From positions 1,054,001-1,118,000 of the forward strand of contig CATNEN010000030.1 in the NCBI GenBank assembly GCA_950097015.1: a stretch of 64,000 bases of DNA, read 5' to 3'. Positions within the stretch are counted from its first letter, which is position 1; every line of letters starts with the position of its first letter. The position numbers and the translations under genes are program-made. Positions 10,103-21,607 of the stretch are shown here, piece after piece. A model generated the notes under the pieces. It had not been told where the DNA came from, made no database searches, and saw only the letters and a program-made list of their open reading frames with translations. This stretch comes from Macrostomum hystrix. Lineage: Eukaryota > Animalia > Platyhelminthes.

Positions 10103-11300
10103 GGCCTGTCTCTACCTGTCTCTGCCTGTCTCTTACTGTCTCTACCTGTCTCTACATGTCTCTTCCTGTCTCTAACTGTCTCTACCTGTATCTATCTGTC
10201 TCTACCTATCTCTACCTGTCTCTAGCTGTCTATAAGTGTCTCTAACTGTCTCTGCCTGTCTCTACCTGTCTCTAGCTGTCTCTAGCTGTCTCTAACTGTC
10301 TCTACCTGTCTCTAAGTGTCTCTAACTGTCTCTACCTGTCTCTAAGTGTCTCTAAGTGTCTCTACCTGTCTCTGCCTGTCTCTAAGTGTCTCTAACTGTC
10401 TCTACCTGTCTCTAACTGTCTCTACATGTCTATAAGTGTCTCTACCTGTCTCTAACTGTCTCTAGCTGTCTCTAACTGTCTCTACCTGTCTCTAGCTGTC
10501 TCTAACTGTCTCTACCTGTATCTATCTGTCTCTACCTATCTCTACCTGTCTCTAGCTGTCTATAAGTGTCTCTAACTGTCTCTGCCTGTCTCTACCTGTC
10601 TCTAGCTGTCTCTAGCTGTCTCTACCTGTCTCTAAGTGTCTCTACCTGTCTCTACATGTCTCTTCCTGTCTCTAACTGTCTCTACCTGTCTCTAGCTGTC
10701 TCTAACTGTCTCTACCTGTATCTATCTGTCTCTACCTATCTCTACCTGTCTCTAGCTGTCTATAAGTGTCTCTAACTGTCTCTGCCTGTCTCTACCTGTC
10801 TCTAGCTGTCTCTAGCTGTCTCTACCTGTCTCTAAGTGTCTCTACCTGTCTCTACATGTCTCTTCCTGTCTCTAACTGTCTCTACCTGTCTCTACCTGTC
10901 TCTACCTGTCTCTAACTGTCCCTACCTGTCTCTACCTGTCTCTAACTGTCTCTACCTGTCTCTAGCTGTCTCTAGCTGTCTCTACCTGTCTCTAAGTGTC
11001 TCTACCTGTCTCTACATGTCTCTTCCTGTCTCTAACTGTCTCTACCTGTCTCTACCTGTCTCTACCTGTCTCTAACTGTCCCTACCTGTCTCTACCTGTC
11101 TCTAACTGTCTCTACCTGTCTCTTACTGTCTCTACCTGTCTCTTACTGTCTCTACCTGTCTCTTACTGTCTCTACCTGTCTCTTACTGTCTCTACCTGTC
11201 TCTACCAGTATCTACCAGTATCTACCAGTATCTACCAGTATCTACCTGTCTCTACCTGTCTCTACCTGTCTCTACCCGTCTCTACCTGTCTCTACCGGCA
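10103..11300. repeat. 10-bp minisatellite (TGTCTCTACC and variants)
   Basis: More than 100 degenerate 10-mers; explains the LSLPVSTCLY ORFs. Confidence 0.95.
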
Positions 11301-12164
11301 TCTAGCTGAGTGTGTTTAAGTGCCAGCACATAGTTATTATAATCAGTGACTGGTGAGTTATTCGCGTGAATGAAGCTCTTAGAAGCATCAGTCAAAGCGG
11401 ACATCTGTTATTGACAATAATGAATATGTCAATCTTCAATACTCAGCTAAAAGGTTGACTTTATTGACTAATTAAGCTTGGTTACTTTTTAAAAATGAAA
11501 AATTACGAACAGATGCAACAGTTATGTAATACAGTACATGACTTAGCTTGTTAGGTAACAATTTTACAGTCTTTTTTACCATTGCGGCTGACTGAAAAGT
11601 GTTAGTGAGAAATATAGAAAGAAAAAAGCGTTATATGCATTTTCAAACTAACTAAACAGGCCAAATTAATCAGCCGATTAGTATGCGCTACATCCATCCA
11701 TTGGGAAGTAAAGAAATCTTAAAATGTCCACCGACTAGAATGCGTTAAAATATCCCAATAATGTCTACAAACTGAAAAAAACACAAAAATAACAAAAAAT
11801 AACTAAAAGTACACATTAGAAACTATTTTCTAACTTTCGCTATATGAGACCGCCAAAACAATCGCCTGGCCAGTGATCATCGCGAATATAAATATAGGCG
11901 TCGCAGAGAAAATGCTGTAAATTGCCCGCTTAAACTATTACCTAATTTGCATATACTAAATTCAGGCTTTCGGAATTTGATTGGTCAATCAAGGTTCGGT
12001 TGCTTCTATTTATAGAAAATATGATGACGGGAAAACCCCATCAAAGCGCTTCAACCCAAAAGCGCGATTAACTTGATTAGTCAATAATTACTTAAAAGCA
12101 GATTAAAACAAAAACTGAACTGCAGCGACTGATTTAAGAGGCACCTTTGGACACTGAAGTGTGG

Positions 12165-12440
12165 GAGTGGATGAGGTGAGGGAGTGACTGAGGTCAGGGA
12201 GTGACTGAGGTGAGGGAGTGACTGAGGTCAGGGAGTGACTGAGGTCAGGGAGTGACTGAGGTGAGGGAGTGACTGAGGTCAGGGAGTGACTGAGGTCAGG
12301 GAGTGACTGAGGTCAGGGAGTGACTGAGGTCAGGGAGTGACTGAGGTCAGGGAGTGACTGAGGTCAAGGAGTGACTGAGGTCAGGGAGTGACTGAGGTCA
12401 GGGAGTGACTGAGGTCAGGGAGTGACTGAGGTCAGGGAGT
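12165..12440. repeat. 17-bp minisatellite (GGGAGTGACTGAGGTCA)
   Basis: About 16 direct copies. Confidence 0.95.
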
Positions 12441-12507
12441 GCGGCACTGTCTCAGTAGTTCTAGCAACAATGAGACCCATGGTAGCACAGGACTCAAACA
12501 GACTCAC

Positions 12508-12704
12508 CCAGCCTGCCGATAGACGGACAGCTCTTCCTCAACCTCGATCAGTTTGGTCTTGAGCTCGTTGCGCTCCATGAGCACTTCGCGCAGCTCTGTC
12601 ATGGTGAATCTGGGCCTGTTTGGATCGGATCGATCGATGATCATCTTGCCTTCCGAGTTGAGCTTCTCAATTAGCTGCTCCTCCGTCATTGACGTCATCA
12701 GATT
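12508..12704 (-). CDS. RILPL1: RILP-like protein, RH2-domain exon
   Basis: Acceptor ataaccttccAG at 12706-12705 and donor GG|GTGAGT at 12507. Translates ...DRSDPNRPRFTMTELREVLMERNELKTKLIEVEEELSVYRQA, the RH2 signature DPNRPRFTxxELRxVLxERNELK. Confidence 0.93.
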
Positions 12705-12744
12705 CTGGAAGGTTATAAAGAGATCATTGTACGTAAGCTCAACT

Positions 12745-13320
12745 TTTTATCCTAGGGAAATAACAAAGCCTGAAAAAATCCATGTATTCAATGGGAAATT
12801 TGAATCCGAGGGAAATACCAAAGCCTGAGAAAATCCATGTATTTAAGGGAACTTTGTATCCAAGGGAAATCCCGAACCAAGGGAAAATCCATGTATTCAA
12901 GGGAACTTTGTATCCAAGGGAAATCCCGAACCAAGGGAAAATCCATGTATTCAAGGGAACTTTGTATCCAAGGGAAATCCCGAACCAAGGGAAAATCCAT
13001 GTATTTAAGGGAACTTTGTATCCAAGGGAAATCCCGAACCAAGGGAAAATCCATGTATTCAAGGGAAATTTGTATCCAAGGGAAATCCCGAACCAAGGGA
13101 AAATCCATGTATTTAAGGGAACTTTGTATCCAAGGGAAATCCCGAACCAAGGGAAAATCCATGTATTTAAGGGAAATTTTGTATCAAAGGGAAATCCTAA
13201 AACGTAGGAAAAGCCATGTATTCAAGGGAAACTTTGTATCCAAGGGAAATCCCAAACCTGGGAAAGTCTCTGTAACTAAGGAAAATTCTGTATCCATGGA
13301 GAATCCCGAAGCCAAGGGGA
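12745..13320. repeat. 54-bp minisatellite built of three CAAGGGAA-initiated subunits
   Basis: Direct copies of GTATCCAAGGGAAATCCCGAACCAAGGGAAAATCCATGTATTCAAGGGAACTTT; 18-aa periodic ORFs. Confidence 0.93.
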
Positions 13321-14515
13321 ATTCCTTTATTGGGGGAAACCCTGAAACTCCGAACGCCGAAATAATATGAATTTAGCTTCCCCTAAGCAATTGAAAACTG
13401 AAAAATTTGTTTTTTATCGCTGGCAATTTTCAAGCATTAATAACTGACAGGGTGTGTAAGATGCGATAACAACATGCTGAGCACAACACAATAAATAAAA
13501 TTTCGCAAACACATGCACGCCCAGTTGATGTCACTTAGGCACAGTTAGGCCATTTGTACAGCTATTCAAAGGCTCTTTCAGAGGCTGTGTACAGCTAGCT
13601 ACGCTCGTAGTTACTAAAACTAGAACTATGTGACAAGCTAGTCAAACTGGGAGCTTTAGCAACTTGCCCAACACACAGCATAGATGCAACTGAAGAATAT
13701 TTCTTAAATAAAGCATTAGGCCATTGTTTTCTAATTTCAAGAAGAAAATCAATCCAGCTCTTGTGCGTGCAACTCGCCGGCCAGTTTTTCTGATCAATAA
13801 AATTAAAAGAGAAAGGTAAAGAAAAGGAGAGGAGAAGAGAGAGAAATTTGGCATTCATGCTTTCCAGTTTGCGGTCAATATTGAGTGAGTGCAACTTGAC
13901 AGTGACAGAAAGAAGCCGCATGGACATTGTAGAAATGGAAGCAGAGAATAGGTTTGGCTGGCACCTTTGCACGGACTAATAATTCCATGCAGAGCCAGTT
14001 CTGTCTAACCCATCCTCTGAGCAATTAACAAAGTTGTTGAAAAGTCCCACGTCCCACACACACAGGACGTCCGTGTGTACTTTTATAATGAAGACTATTT
14101 TTCTGCGAAGCTCAGACGATGCAAAAAGTGTCAGACGCTTCCAAGTTGAACTGACGGTATATGAGTATTAAAGATTCAACAGATTAGCAATAGCTGGGAG
14201 TGCATTTTTTTCTAAGAAATTCTCTTCATTTACGAATAACAAAAATGAACACACGAGAATTGCTTATATTACACTAGCTAGCCATTCTAATGCCAACTGG
14301 GGTGGAGACTGTGGGTCTAATAAAGCCTGTAAATAATTTAGCAACGTAGCCAACAGCTGCATCCTTGCCTCATCCCCGCTCAGCATGAGCAGCAGCAGAA
14401 TGGACAGCTTTTGACTCTTCCCTCCCTACAAAGCTGTTCCAACAGCACCTCCTCGAATGCAGCAGCAGCAGAATGGACAGCTTTTGACTCTTCCCTCCCT
14501 AGAAAGCTGTTCCAA

Positions 14516-15302
14516 CAGAGATGAGACAAGGGAGAGATGAGACAGGGGAGAGATGAGACAGGGGAGAGATAAGACAGGGGAGAGATGAGACACAGGAGAG
14601 ATGGGACAGGGGAGAGATGAGACAGGGGAGAGATGAGACACAGGAGAGATGAGACAGGGGAGAGATGAGACAGGGGATAGATGAGACAGGGGAGAGATGA
14701 GACAGGGGAGAGATGAGACAGGGGAGAGATGAGACACAGGAGAGATGAGACAGGGGAGAGATGGGACAGGGGAGAGATGAGACAGGGGAGAGATGAGACA
14801 CAGGAGAGATGAGACAGGGGAGAGATGAGACACAGGAGAGATGAGACAGGGGAGAGATGAGACAGGGGAGAGATGAGACAGGGGAGAGATGAGACAGGGG
14901 AGAGATGAGACAGGGGAGAGATGAGACAGGGGAGAGATGGGACAGGGGAGAGATGAGACAGGGGAGAGATGAGACACAGGAGAGATGAGACAGGGGAGAG
15001 ATGAGACAGGGGAGAGATGAGACAGGGGAGAGATGAGACACAGGAGAGATGAGACAGGGGAGAGATGAGACACAGGAGAGATGAGACAGGGGAGAGATGA
15101 GACAGGGGAGAGATGAGACACAGGAGAGATGGGACAGGGGAGAGATGGGACAGGGGAGAGATGAGACACAGGAGAGATGAGACAGGGGAGAGATGAGACA
15201 GGGGAGAGATGAGACAGGGGAGAGATGAGAGAGGGGAGAGATGAGACAGGGGAGAGATGGGACAGGGGAGAGATGAGACAGGGGAGAGATGAGACAGGGT
15301 AG
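14516..15302. repeat. GA-rich 16-bp minisatellite (GAGACAGGGGAGAGAT; reverse complement of the TGTCTCATCTCTCCCC family)
   Basis: About 49 tandem copies. Confidence 0.95.
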
Positions 15303-15635
15303 AAATTAGGGACCAGTGAGATAAGACAGGGGAATAAGATGCTAGATTGGTCCAGTTGAGGGATTTGCGTTATCGACAAATTTCTAGTTCTAATCCTAGA
15401 GGACGTGAGATTGAAAACTTCACAACAGATAAAGCAATCGCTATTGTTCCAGGAGTAGTTTATAGGCTATAACAGACTTAGTCCACTAGATTAATCGCTA
15501 TGTAAACAATATCAACAAAATACGACAAATAATACACAAAAGTACGCAGGCAAAGCACAACAGAAGTTATGATATGCATGCACATCACATAATAATCATT
15601 CGAGTGGATCAGAAAGTGCTTGGCAATAAAAGGAC

Positions 15636-15815
15636 CTCCGTGCTGCCAATGTAGCCGCCGCAGATGCTGCCACCGCCGACGGAGCTTTCAACAGAATTTG
15701 CCCGCATAGGAGCTTCGGGAACCGCAGCAACTGCTGACGATGATGACGATGCTGTTGCTATCGGAGCGGCCGAAGTCGAAGGTCCATCCGAACTGCCGGA
15801 GTTTGAATTCAAACG
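15636..15815 (-). CDS. RILPL1: RILP-like protein, possible low-complexity linker (cassette) exon
   Basis: GC-rich island in an AT-rich intron. Acceptor gtcccAG at 15817-15816; open 60-codon Ser/Ala/Gly-rich frame with phase 0/0 compatible with both neighbours; the donor (GAG|GTCCTT) is weak. Confidence 0.5.
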
Positions 15816-16189
15816 CTGGGACGGACCAACATGCAGATTGGTAATGCCATTTATATACAAGCGATAAATATGATTCTAAGAGACGTCCGCCTGTGTGTTA
15901 CGTAATGCTCAATTTGAGCAGCTAAGCTAGAGAACGATACGACAGCTGCAACTCAAACAGCTGCAGTTAAGACAGACAATAGCACTGCTAGGATCAATTT
16001 TTGTTCGCTATGTTTCGCTTTCAATAGCACGAGGTTTCAAATGAGCGGAATAATGTTCTTCAGCGCACGTTGAGTGCTGCGCGAAAGAACCGGTTTAAAC
16101 CGGTTTCCGCATAAATTTCAGACATTGCAAAGAAGTTATTGAAGTAGGATAAACAATCAATGAAAAAATAAATAAAATAGTGTAATGGG

Positions 16190-16695
16190 GCCCTGAAGAA
16201 ATTAGGCAGAACAGACCCCTGAAGAATCTAGACACTGCAGATCCCAGAAGAATCTAGACACTGCAGATCCCTGAAGAATCTAGGCAGAACAGACCCCTGA
16301 AGAATCTAGGCAGAACAGACCCCTGAAGAATCTAGGCAGAACAGACCCCTGAAAAATCTAGGCAGAACAGACCCCTGAAGAATCTAGGCAGAACAGACCC
16401 CTGAAGAATCTAGGCAGAACAGACCCCTGAAAAATCTAGGCAGAACAGACCCCTGAAAAATCTAGGAAGAACAGACCCCTGAAGAATCTAGGCAGAACAG
16501 ACCCCTGAAGAATCTAGGCAGAACAGACCCCTGAAAAATCTAGGCAGAACAGACCCCTGAAAAATCTAGGCAGAACAGACCCCTGAAGAATCTAGGCAGA
16601 ACAGACCCCTGAAGAATCTAGGCAGAACAGACCCCTGAAGAATCTAGGCAGAACAGACCCCTGAAGAATCTAGGCAGAACAGACTCATGAAGAAT
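16190..16695. repeat. 26-bp minisatellite (GAAGAATCTAGGCAGAACAGACCCCT)
   Basis: About 19 direct copies. Confidence 0.95.
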
Positions 16696-16724
16696 CTGGG
16701 CTGAGCAATCTAGCGGAAACTAAC

Positions 16725-17006
16725 CGCAGTGGCGCCATCCGGCCCGCCCACGCAGTCCTTCATCTCGCGCAGCAGCTGCTCCTTAGCCTGCAGCCTGACT
16801 TCTAAGTCCGCTTTGCTCTCTAGCAGGTGCTGGGCCTGGCGTTTACTGACGCAGTGGCGTCGGCGAATCTCGGCATTCATGCGGGCCAGCCGGTCCGACT
16901 GCGACTGCAGAGCCTCGACGTCGGCCTGGCGCTGGGCCAGCTCGCGCTGCAACGACCGAATCTGGTCGCGCTGAGCCTCTACCGTGGCTTTGAGTTTGCC
17001 CAGCAC
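16725..17006 (-). CDS. RILPL1: RILP-like protein, coiled-coil exon 2
   Basis: Acceptor ttttcgttttccaacctcgaAG at 17008-17007 and donor GCG|GTTAGT at 16724; phase 0/0. Translates VLGKLKATVEAQRDQIRSLQREL...VEALQSQSDRLARMNAEIRRRH, a typical RILP-like coiled coil. Confidence 0.9.
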
Positions 17007-17057
17007 CTTCGAGGTTGGAAAACGAAAAAATATTTGCATTTATAAATGTACTTTAAT

Positions 17058-20000
17058 AGAGTGACAATAAGAGTGATTTGAGATTGACGATTGGAGTGAT
17101 ATGAGAGTGACGAATAGAGTGATATGAGAGTGACGATAGGAGACAACAAGAGTGATGGTGTAGGGATTGAGGGGAGAGTGACAATAAGAGTAATAGTTGA
17201 GGGATTGAAGGGAGAGTGACAATAAGAGTGATAGTTGAGGGATTGAAGGGAGAGTGACAATAAGAGTGATAGTGGAGGGATTGAAGGGAGAGTGACAATA
17301 AGAGTGATAGTTGAGGGATTGAAGGGAGAGTGACAATAAGAGTGATAGTTGAGGGATTGAAGGGAGAGTGACAATAAGAGTGATAGTTGAGGGATTGAAG
17401 GGAGAGTGACAATAAGAGTGATAGTTGAGGGATTGAAGGGAGAGTGACAATAAGAGTGATAGTGGAGGGATTGAAGGGAGAGTGACAATAAGAGTGATAG
17501 TGGAGGGATTGAAGGGAGAGTGAGAATAAGAGTGATAGTGGAGGGATTGAAGGGAGAGTGACAATAAGATTGATAGTGGAGGGATTGAAGGGAGAGTGAC
17601 AATAAGAGTGATAGTGGAGGGATTGAAGGGAGAGTGAGAATAAGAGTGATAGTGGAGGGATTGAAGGGAGAGTGAGAATAAGAGTGATAGTGGAGGGATT
17701 GAAGGGAGAGTGACAATAAGAGTGATAGTTGAGGGATTGAAGGGAGAGTGACAATAAGAGTGATAGTGGAGGGATTGAAGGGAGAGTGAGAATAAGAGTG
17801 ATAGTTGAGGGATTGAAGGGAGAGTGACAATAAGAGTGATAGTGGAGGGATTGAAGGGAGAGTGAGAATAAGAGTGATAGTGGAGGGATTGAAGGGAGAG
17901 TGACAATAAGAGTGATAGTGGAGGGATTGAAGGGAGAGTGAGAATAAGAGTGATAGTGGAGGGATTGAAGGGAGAGTGAGAATAAGAGTGATAGTGGAGG
18001 GATTGAAGGGAGAGTGACAATAAGAGTGATAGTGGAGGGATTGAAGGGAGAGTGAGAATAAGAGTGATAGTGGAGGGATTGAAGGGAGAGTGACAATAAG
18101 AGTGATAGTGGAGGGATGGAAGGGAGAGTGAGAATAAGAGTGATAGTGGAGGGATTGAAGGGAGAGTGAGAATAAGAGTGATAGTGGAGGGATTGAAGGG
18201 AGAGTGAGAATAAGAGTGATAGTGGAGGGATTGAAGGGAGAGTGAGAATAAGAGTGATAGTGGAGGGATTGAAGGGAGAGTGACAATAAGAGTGATAGTG
18301 GAGGGATTGAAGGGAGAGTGAGAATAAGAGTGATAGTGGAGGGATTGAAGGGAGAGTGACAATAAGAGTGATAGTGGAGGGATTGAAGGGAGAGTGACAA
18401 TAAGAGTGATAGTGGAGGGATTGAAGGGAGAGTGACAATAAGAGTGATAGTTGAGGGATTGAAGAGAGAGTGAGAATAAGAGTGATAGTGGAGGGATTGA
18501 AGGGAGAGTGAGAATAAGAGTGATAGTTGAGGGATTGAAGGGAGAGTGACAATAAGAGTGATAGTGGAGGGATTGAAGGGAGAGTGACAATAAGAGTGAC
18601 AGTGGAGGGATTGAAGGGAGAGTGACAATAAGAGTGATAGTGGAGGGATTGAAGGGAGAGTGACAATAAGAGTGATAGTGGAGGGATTGAAGGGAGAGTG
18701 ACAATAAGAGTGATAGTTGAGGGATTGAAGGGAGAGTGACAATAAGAGTGATAGTGGAGGGATTGAAGGGAGAGTGACAATAAGAGTGATGGTGTAGGGA
18801 TTGAGGGGAGAGTGACAATAAGAGTAATAGTTGAGGGATTGAAGGGAGAGTGACAATAAGAGTGATAGTTGAGGGATTGAAGGGAGAGTGACAATAAGAG
18901 TGATAGTGGAGGGATTGAAGGGAGAGTGACAATAAGAGTGATAGTTGAGGGATTGAAGGGAGAGTGACAATAAGAGTGATAGTTGAGGGATTGAAGGGAG
19001 AGTGACAATAAGAGTGATAGTTGAGGGATTGAAGGGAGAGTGACAATAAGAGTGATAGTTGAGGGATTGAAGGGAGAGTGACAATAAGAGTGATAGTGGA
19101 GGGATTGAAGGGAGAGTGAGAATAAGAGTGATAGTGGAGGGATTGAAGGGAGAGTGAGAATAAGAGTGATAGTGGAGGGATTGAAGGGAGAGTGACAATA
19201 AGATTGATAGTGGAGGGATTGAAGGGAGAGTGACAATAAGAGTGATAGTGGAGGGATTGAAGGGAGAGTGAGAATAAGAGTGATAGTGGAGGGATTGAAG
19301 GGAGAGTGAGAATAAGAGTGATAGTGGAGGGATTGAAGGGAGAGTGACAATAAGAGTGATAGTTGAGGGATTGAAGGGAGAGTGACAATAAGAGTGATAG
19401 TTGAGGGATTGAAGGGAGAGTGAGAATAAGAGTGATAGTGGAGGGATTGAAGGGAGAGTGAGAATAAGAGTGATAGTGGAGGGATTGAAGGGAGAGTGAG
19501 AATAAGAGTGATAGTTGAGGGATTGAAGGGAGAGTGACAATAAGAGTGATAGTTGAGGGATTGAAGGGAGAGTGAGAATAAGAGTGATAGGGGAGGGATT
19601 GAAGGGAGAGTGAGAATAAGAGTGATAGTGGAGGGATTGAAGGGAGAGTGACAATAAGAGTGATAGTGGAGGGATTGAAGGGAGAGTGACAATAAGAGTG
19701 ATAGTTGAGGGATTGAAGGGAGAGTGAGAATAAGAGTGATAGTGGAGGGATTGAAGGGAGAGTGAGAATAAGAGTGATAGTTGAGGGATTGAAGGGAGAG
19801 TGAGAATAAGAGTGATAGTTGAGGGATTGAAGGGAGAGTGACAATAAGAGTGATAGTTGAGGGATTGAAGGGAGAGTGACAATAAGAGTGATAGTGGAGG
19901 GATTGAAGGGAGAGTGAGAATAAGAGTGATAGTTGAGGGATTGAAGGGAGAGTGACAATAAGAGTGATAGTTGAGGGATTGAAGGGAGAGTGAGAATAAG

Positions 20001-20415
20001 AGTGATAGTGGAGGGATTGAAGGGAGAGTGAGAATAAGAGTGATAGTTGAGGGATTGAAGGGAGAGTGACAATAAGAGTGATAGTGGAGGGATTGAAGGG
20101 AGAGTGACAATAAGAGTGATAGTTGAGGGATTGAAGGGAGAGTGACAATAAGAGTGATAGTTGAGGGATTGAAGGGAGAGTGACAATAAGAGTGATAGTG
20201 GAGGGATTGAAGGGAGAGTGAGAATAAGAGTGATAGTTGAGGGATTGAAGGGAGAGTGAGAATAAGAGTGATAGTGGAGGGATTGAAGGGAGAGTGAGAA
20301 TAAGAGTGATAGTGGAGGGATTGAAGGGAGAGTGAGAATAAGAGTGATAGTTGAGGGATTGAAGGGAGAGTGACAATAAGAGTGATAGTGGAGGGATTGA
20401 AGGGAGAGTGACAGT
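17058..20415. repeat. 38-bp minisatellite (GAGTGACAATAAGAGTGATAGTGGAGGGATTGAAGGGA), ~88 copies, filling RILPL intron 1
   Basis: Direct tandem copies with two alternating SNP positions (GAC/GAG, TGG/TTG). Confidence 0.98.
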
Positions 20416-20879
20416 TATGGTAATCGGATAAATGCATTTGGATAGGCACTCGGACAATACTAAGGATAACAGTGAAAAATGAGCTTTCATGGGTGATTTT
20501 GAGATGACAGTTCAGTTAAAACGGCCAAAAATATGTCTATTTTTAGACATTTCTTCAATATTATTATAATGGTGTAAGTGCTACTCCTGTAAATTTAAGT
20601 CTGTCCTTCTAGTAATAAAGGAAAAAATGTTTAAATGATTGACAGACGTCACTACAGTAAGTCGATTCAATCTAATTGAAAATTGTAGTTGAACTAAAGC
20701 ACGATTCTCAATTCTCGATTCCTCATTTCCGCTCGCCTTAAAAAGCGGATGGTAATCAAAGGTAGAATTTGCCTAAATCTGCTTTCTTCTTTTAGAAATT
20801 CAACTTAAAAAAGTTAAGTAACAAAGTTCCAAGAAAGTTCTCATAGAAAATTCAGTTTTTTATAGACAGGCAGAATGGG

Positions 20880-21015
20880 ACAGACACAGCTAGATTGAGA
20901 CACAGAGATTGAGACATGGAAATTGAGACACAGAGATTGAGACACAGGGATTGAGACACAGTGATTGAGACATGGAAATTGAGACGCAGAGATTGAGACA
21001 CAGTGATTGAGACTA
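20880..21015. repeat. Short GATTGAGACACA-type minisatellite
   Basis: About 9 degenerate 14-16 bp copies. Confidence 0.75.
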
Positions 21016-21097
21016 GCAGACAGAAAAGCGTCATTAAAGGCCGGATGCAGGAGCGACAGAAAGAAACGCCAAAACTTGAAAAATCACTTGATCTCAC

Positions 21098-21607
21098 CTG
21101 CAGCTCTGCCATGTCCCGACTGCTCTGCTTCTTTAGTAAGCCACCGCTTGCCTGCTGCTGCTGAAACAGATTAGGCTGCTGCTGCTGAATCAGCTGCTGA
21201 CCGCCGGCAGCTGCATCGCCACCCTCCCTGACCGTCTGCAGCTCCTGCTGAAGTCGCCGATTGTCCTCCTGCAGCCGGCCGACAACGTCCATGAGCTCCT
21301 GGGTCTCGTTGCGCCACAGCTCTTCGATTTGCTCCAGCTCGCGCTCGAATCGATTTCTGTCGCCCTGACGGGACACTTTCTCAGTTTCTAGGCGATCTAC
21401 AACACGCTGCAAATCGACCAGCTCCTTGCTCTCAGTCTCGTGCCTAGAAGCCAGATCTTCCAGTTCCTCCAGCACCGAGATCACCTTCGGCATGAGGCCG
21501 GCAACAGCGTCAACACCATAGCGATCGATGATTAACTCGAAGTCTTTACCAATCGCTGAGGCAGCATCGTAGACATCAGCCACTGACAGCATGTCTGACT
21601 GGGGCAT
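21098..21607 (-). CDS. RILPL1: RILP-like protein (RILPL/JIP-type RH1 domain), first coding exon
   Basis: ATG at 21607 with an in-frame stop upstream; donor CAG|GTGAGA at 21097. Translates LSVADVYDAASAIGKDFELIIDRYGVDAVAGLMPKVISVLEELE, the RH1 signature. Full model 21607-21098, 17006-16725, (15815-15636), 12704-12508, 9776-9684, 5045-4967, about 446 aa. Confidence 0.93.

Noticed and set aside
13595-13972. 125-aa minus-strand ORF in a RILPL intron
   Set aside because: No motif, no convincing splice signals, and AT-rich composition unlike true exons here.
16979-20490. Three ORFs of over 1000 aa on the minus strand
   Set aside because: They translate a 38-bp tandem repeat inside RILPL intron 1; there are no domains, and all three frames give the same cycle.
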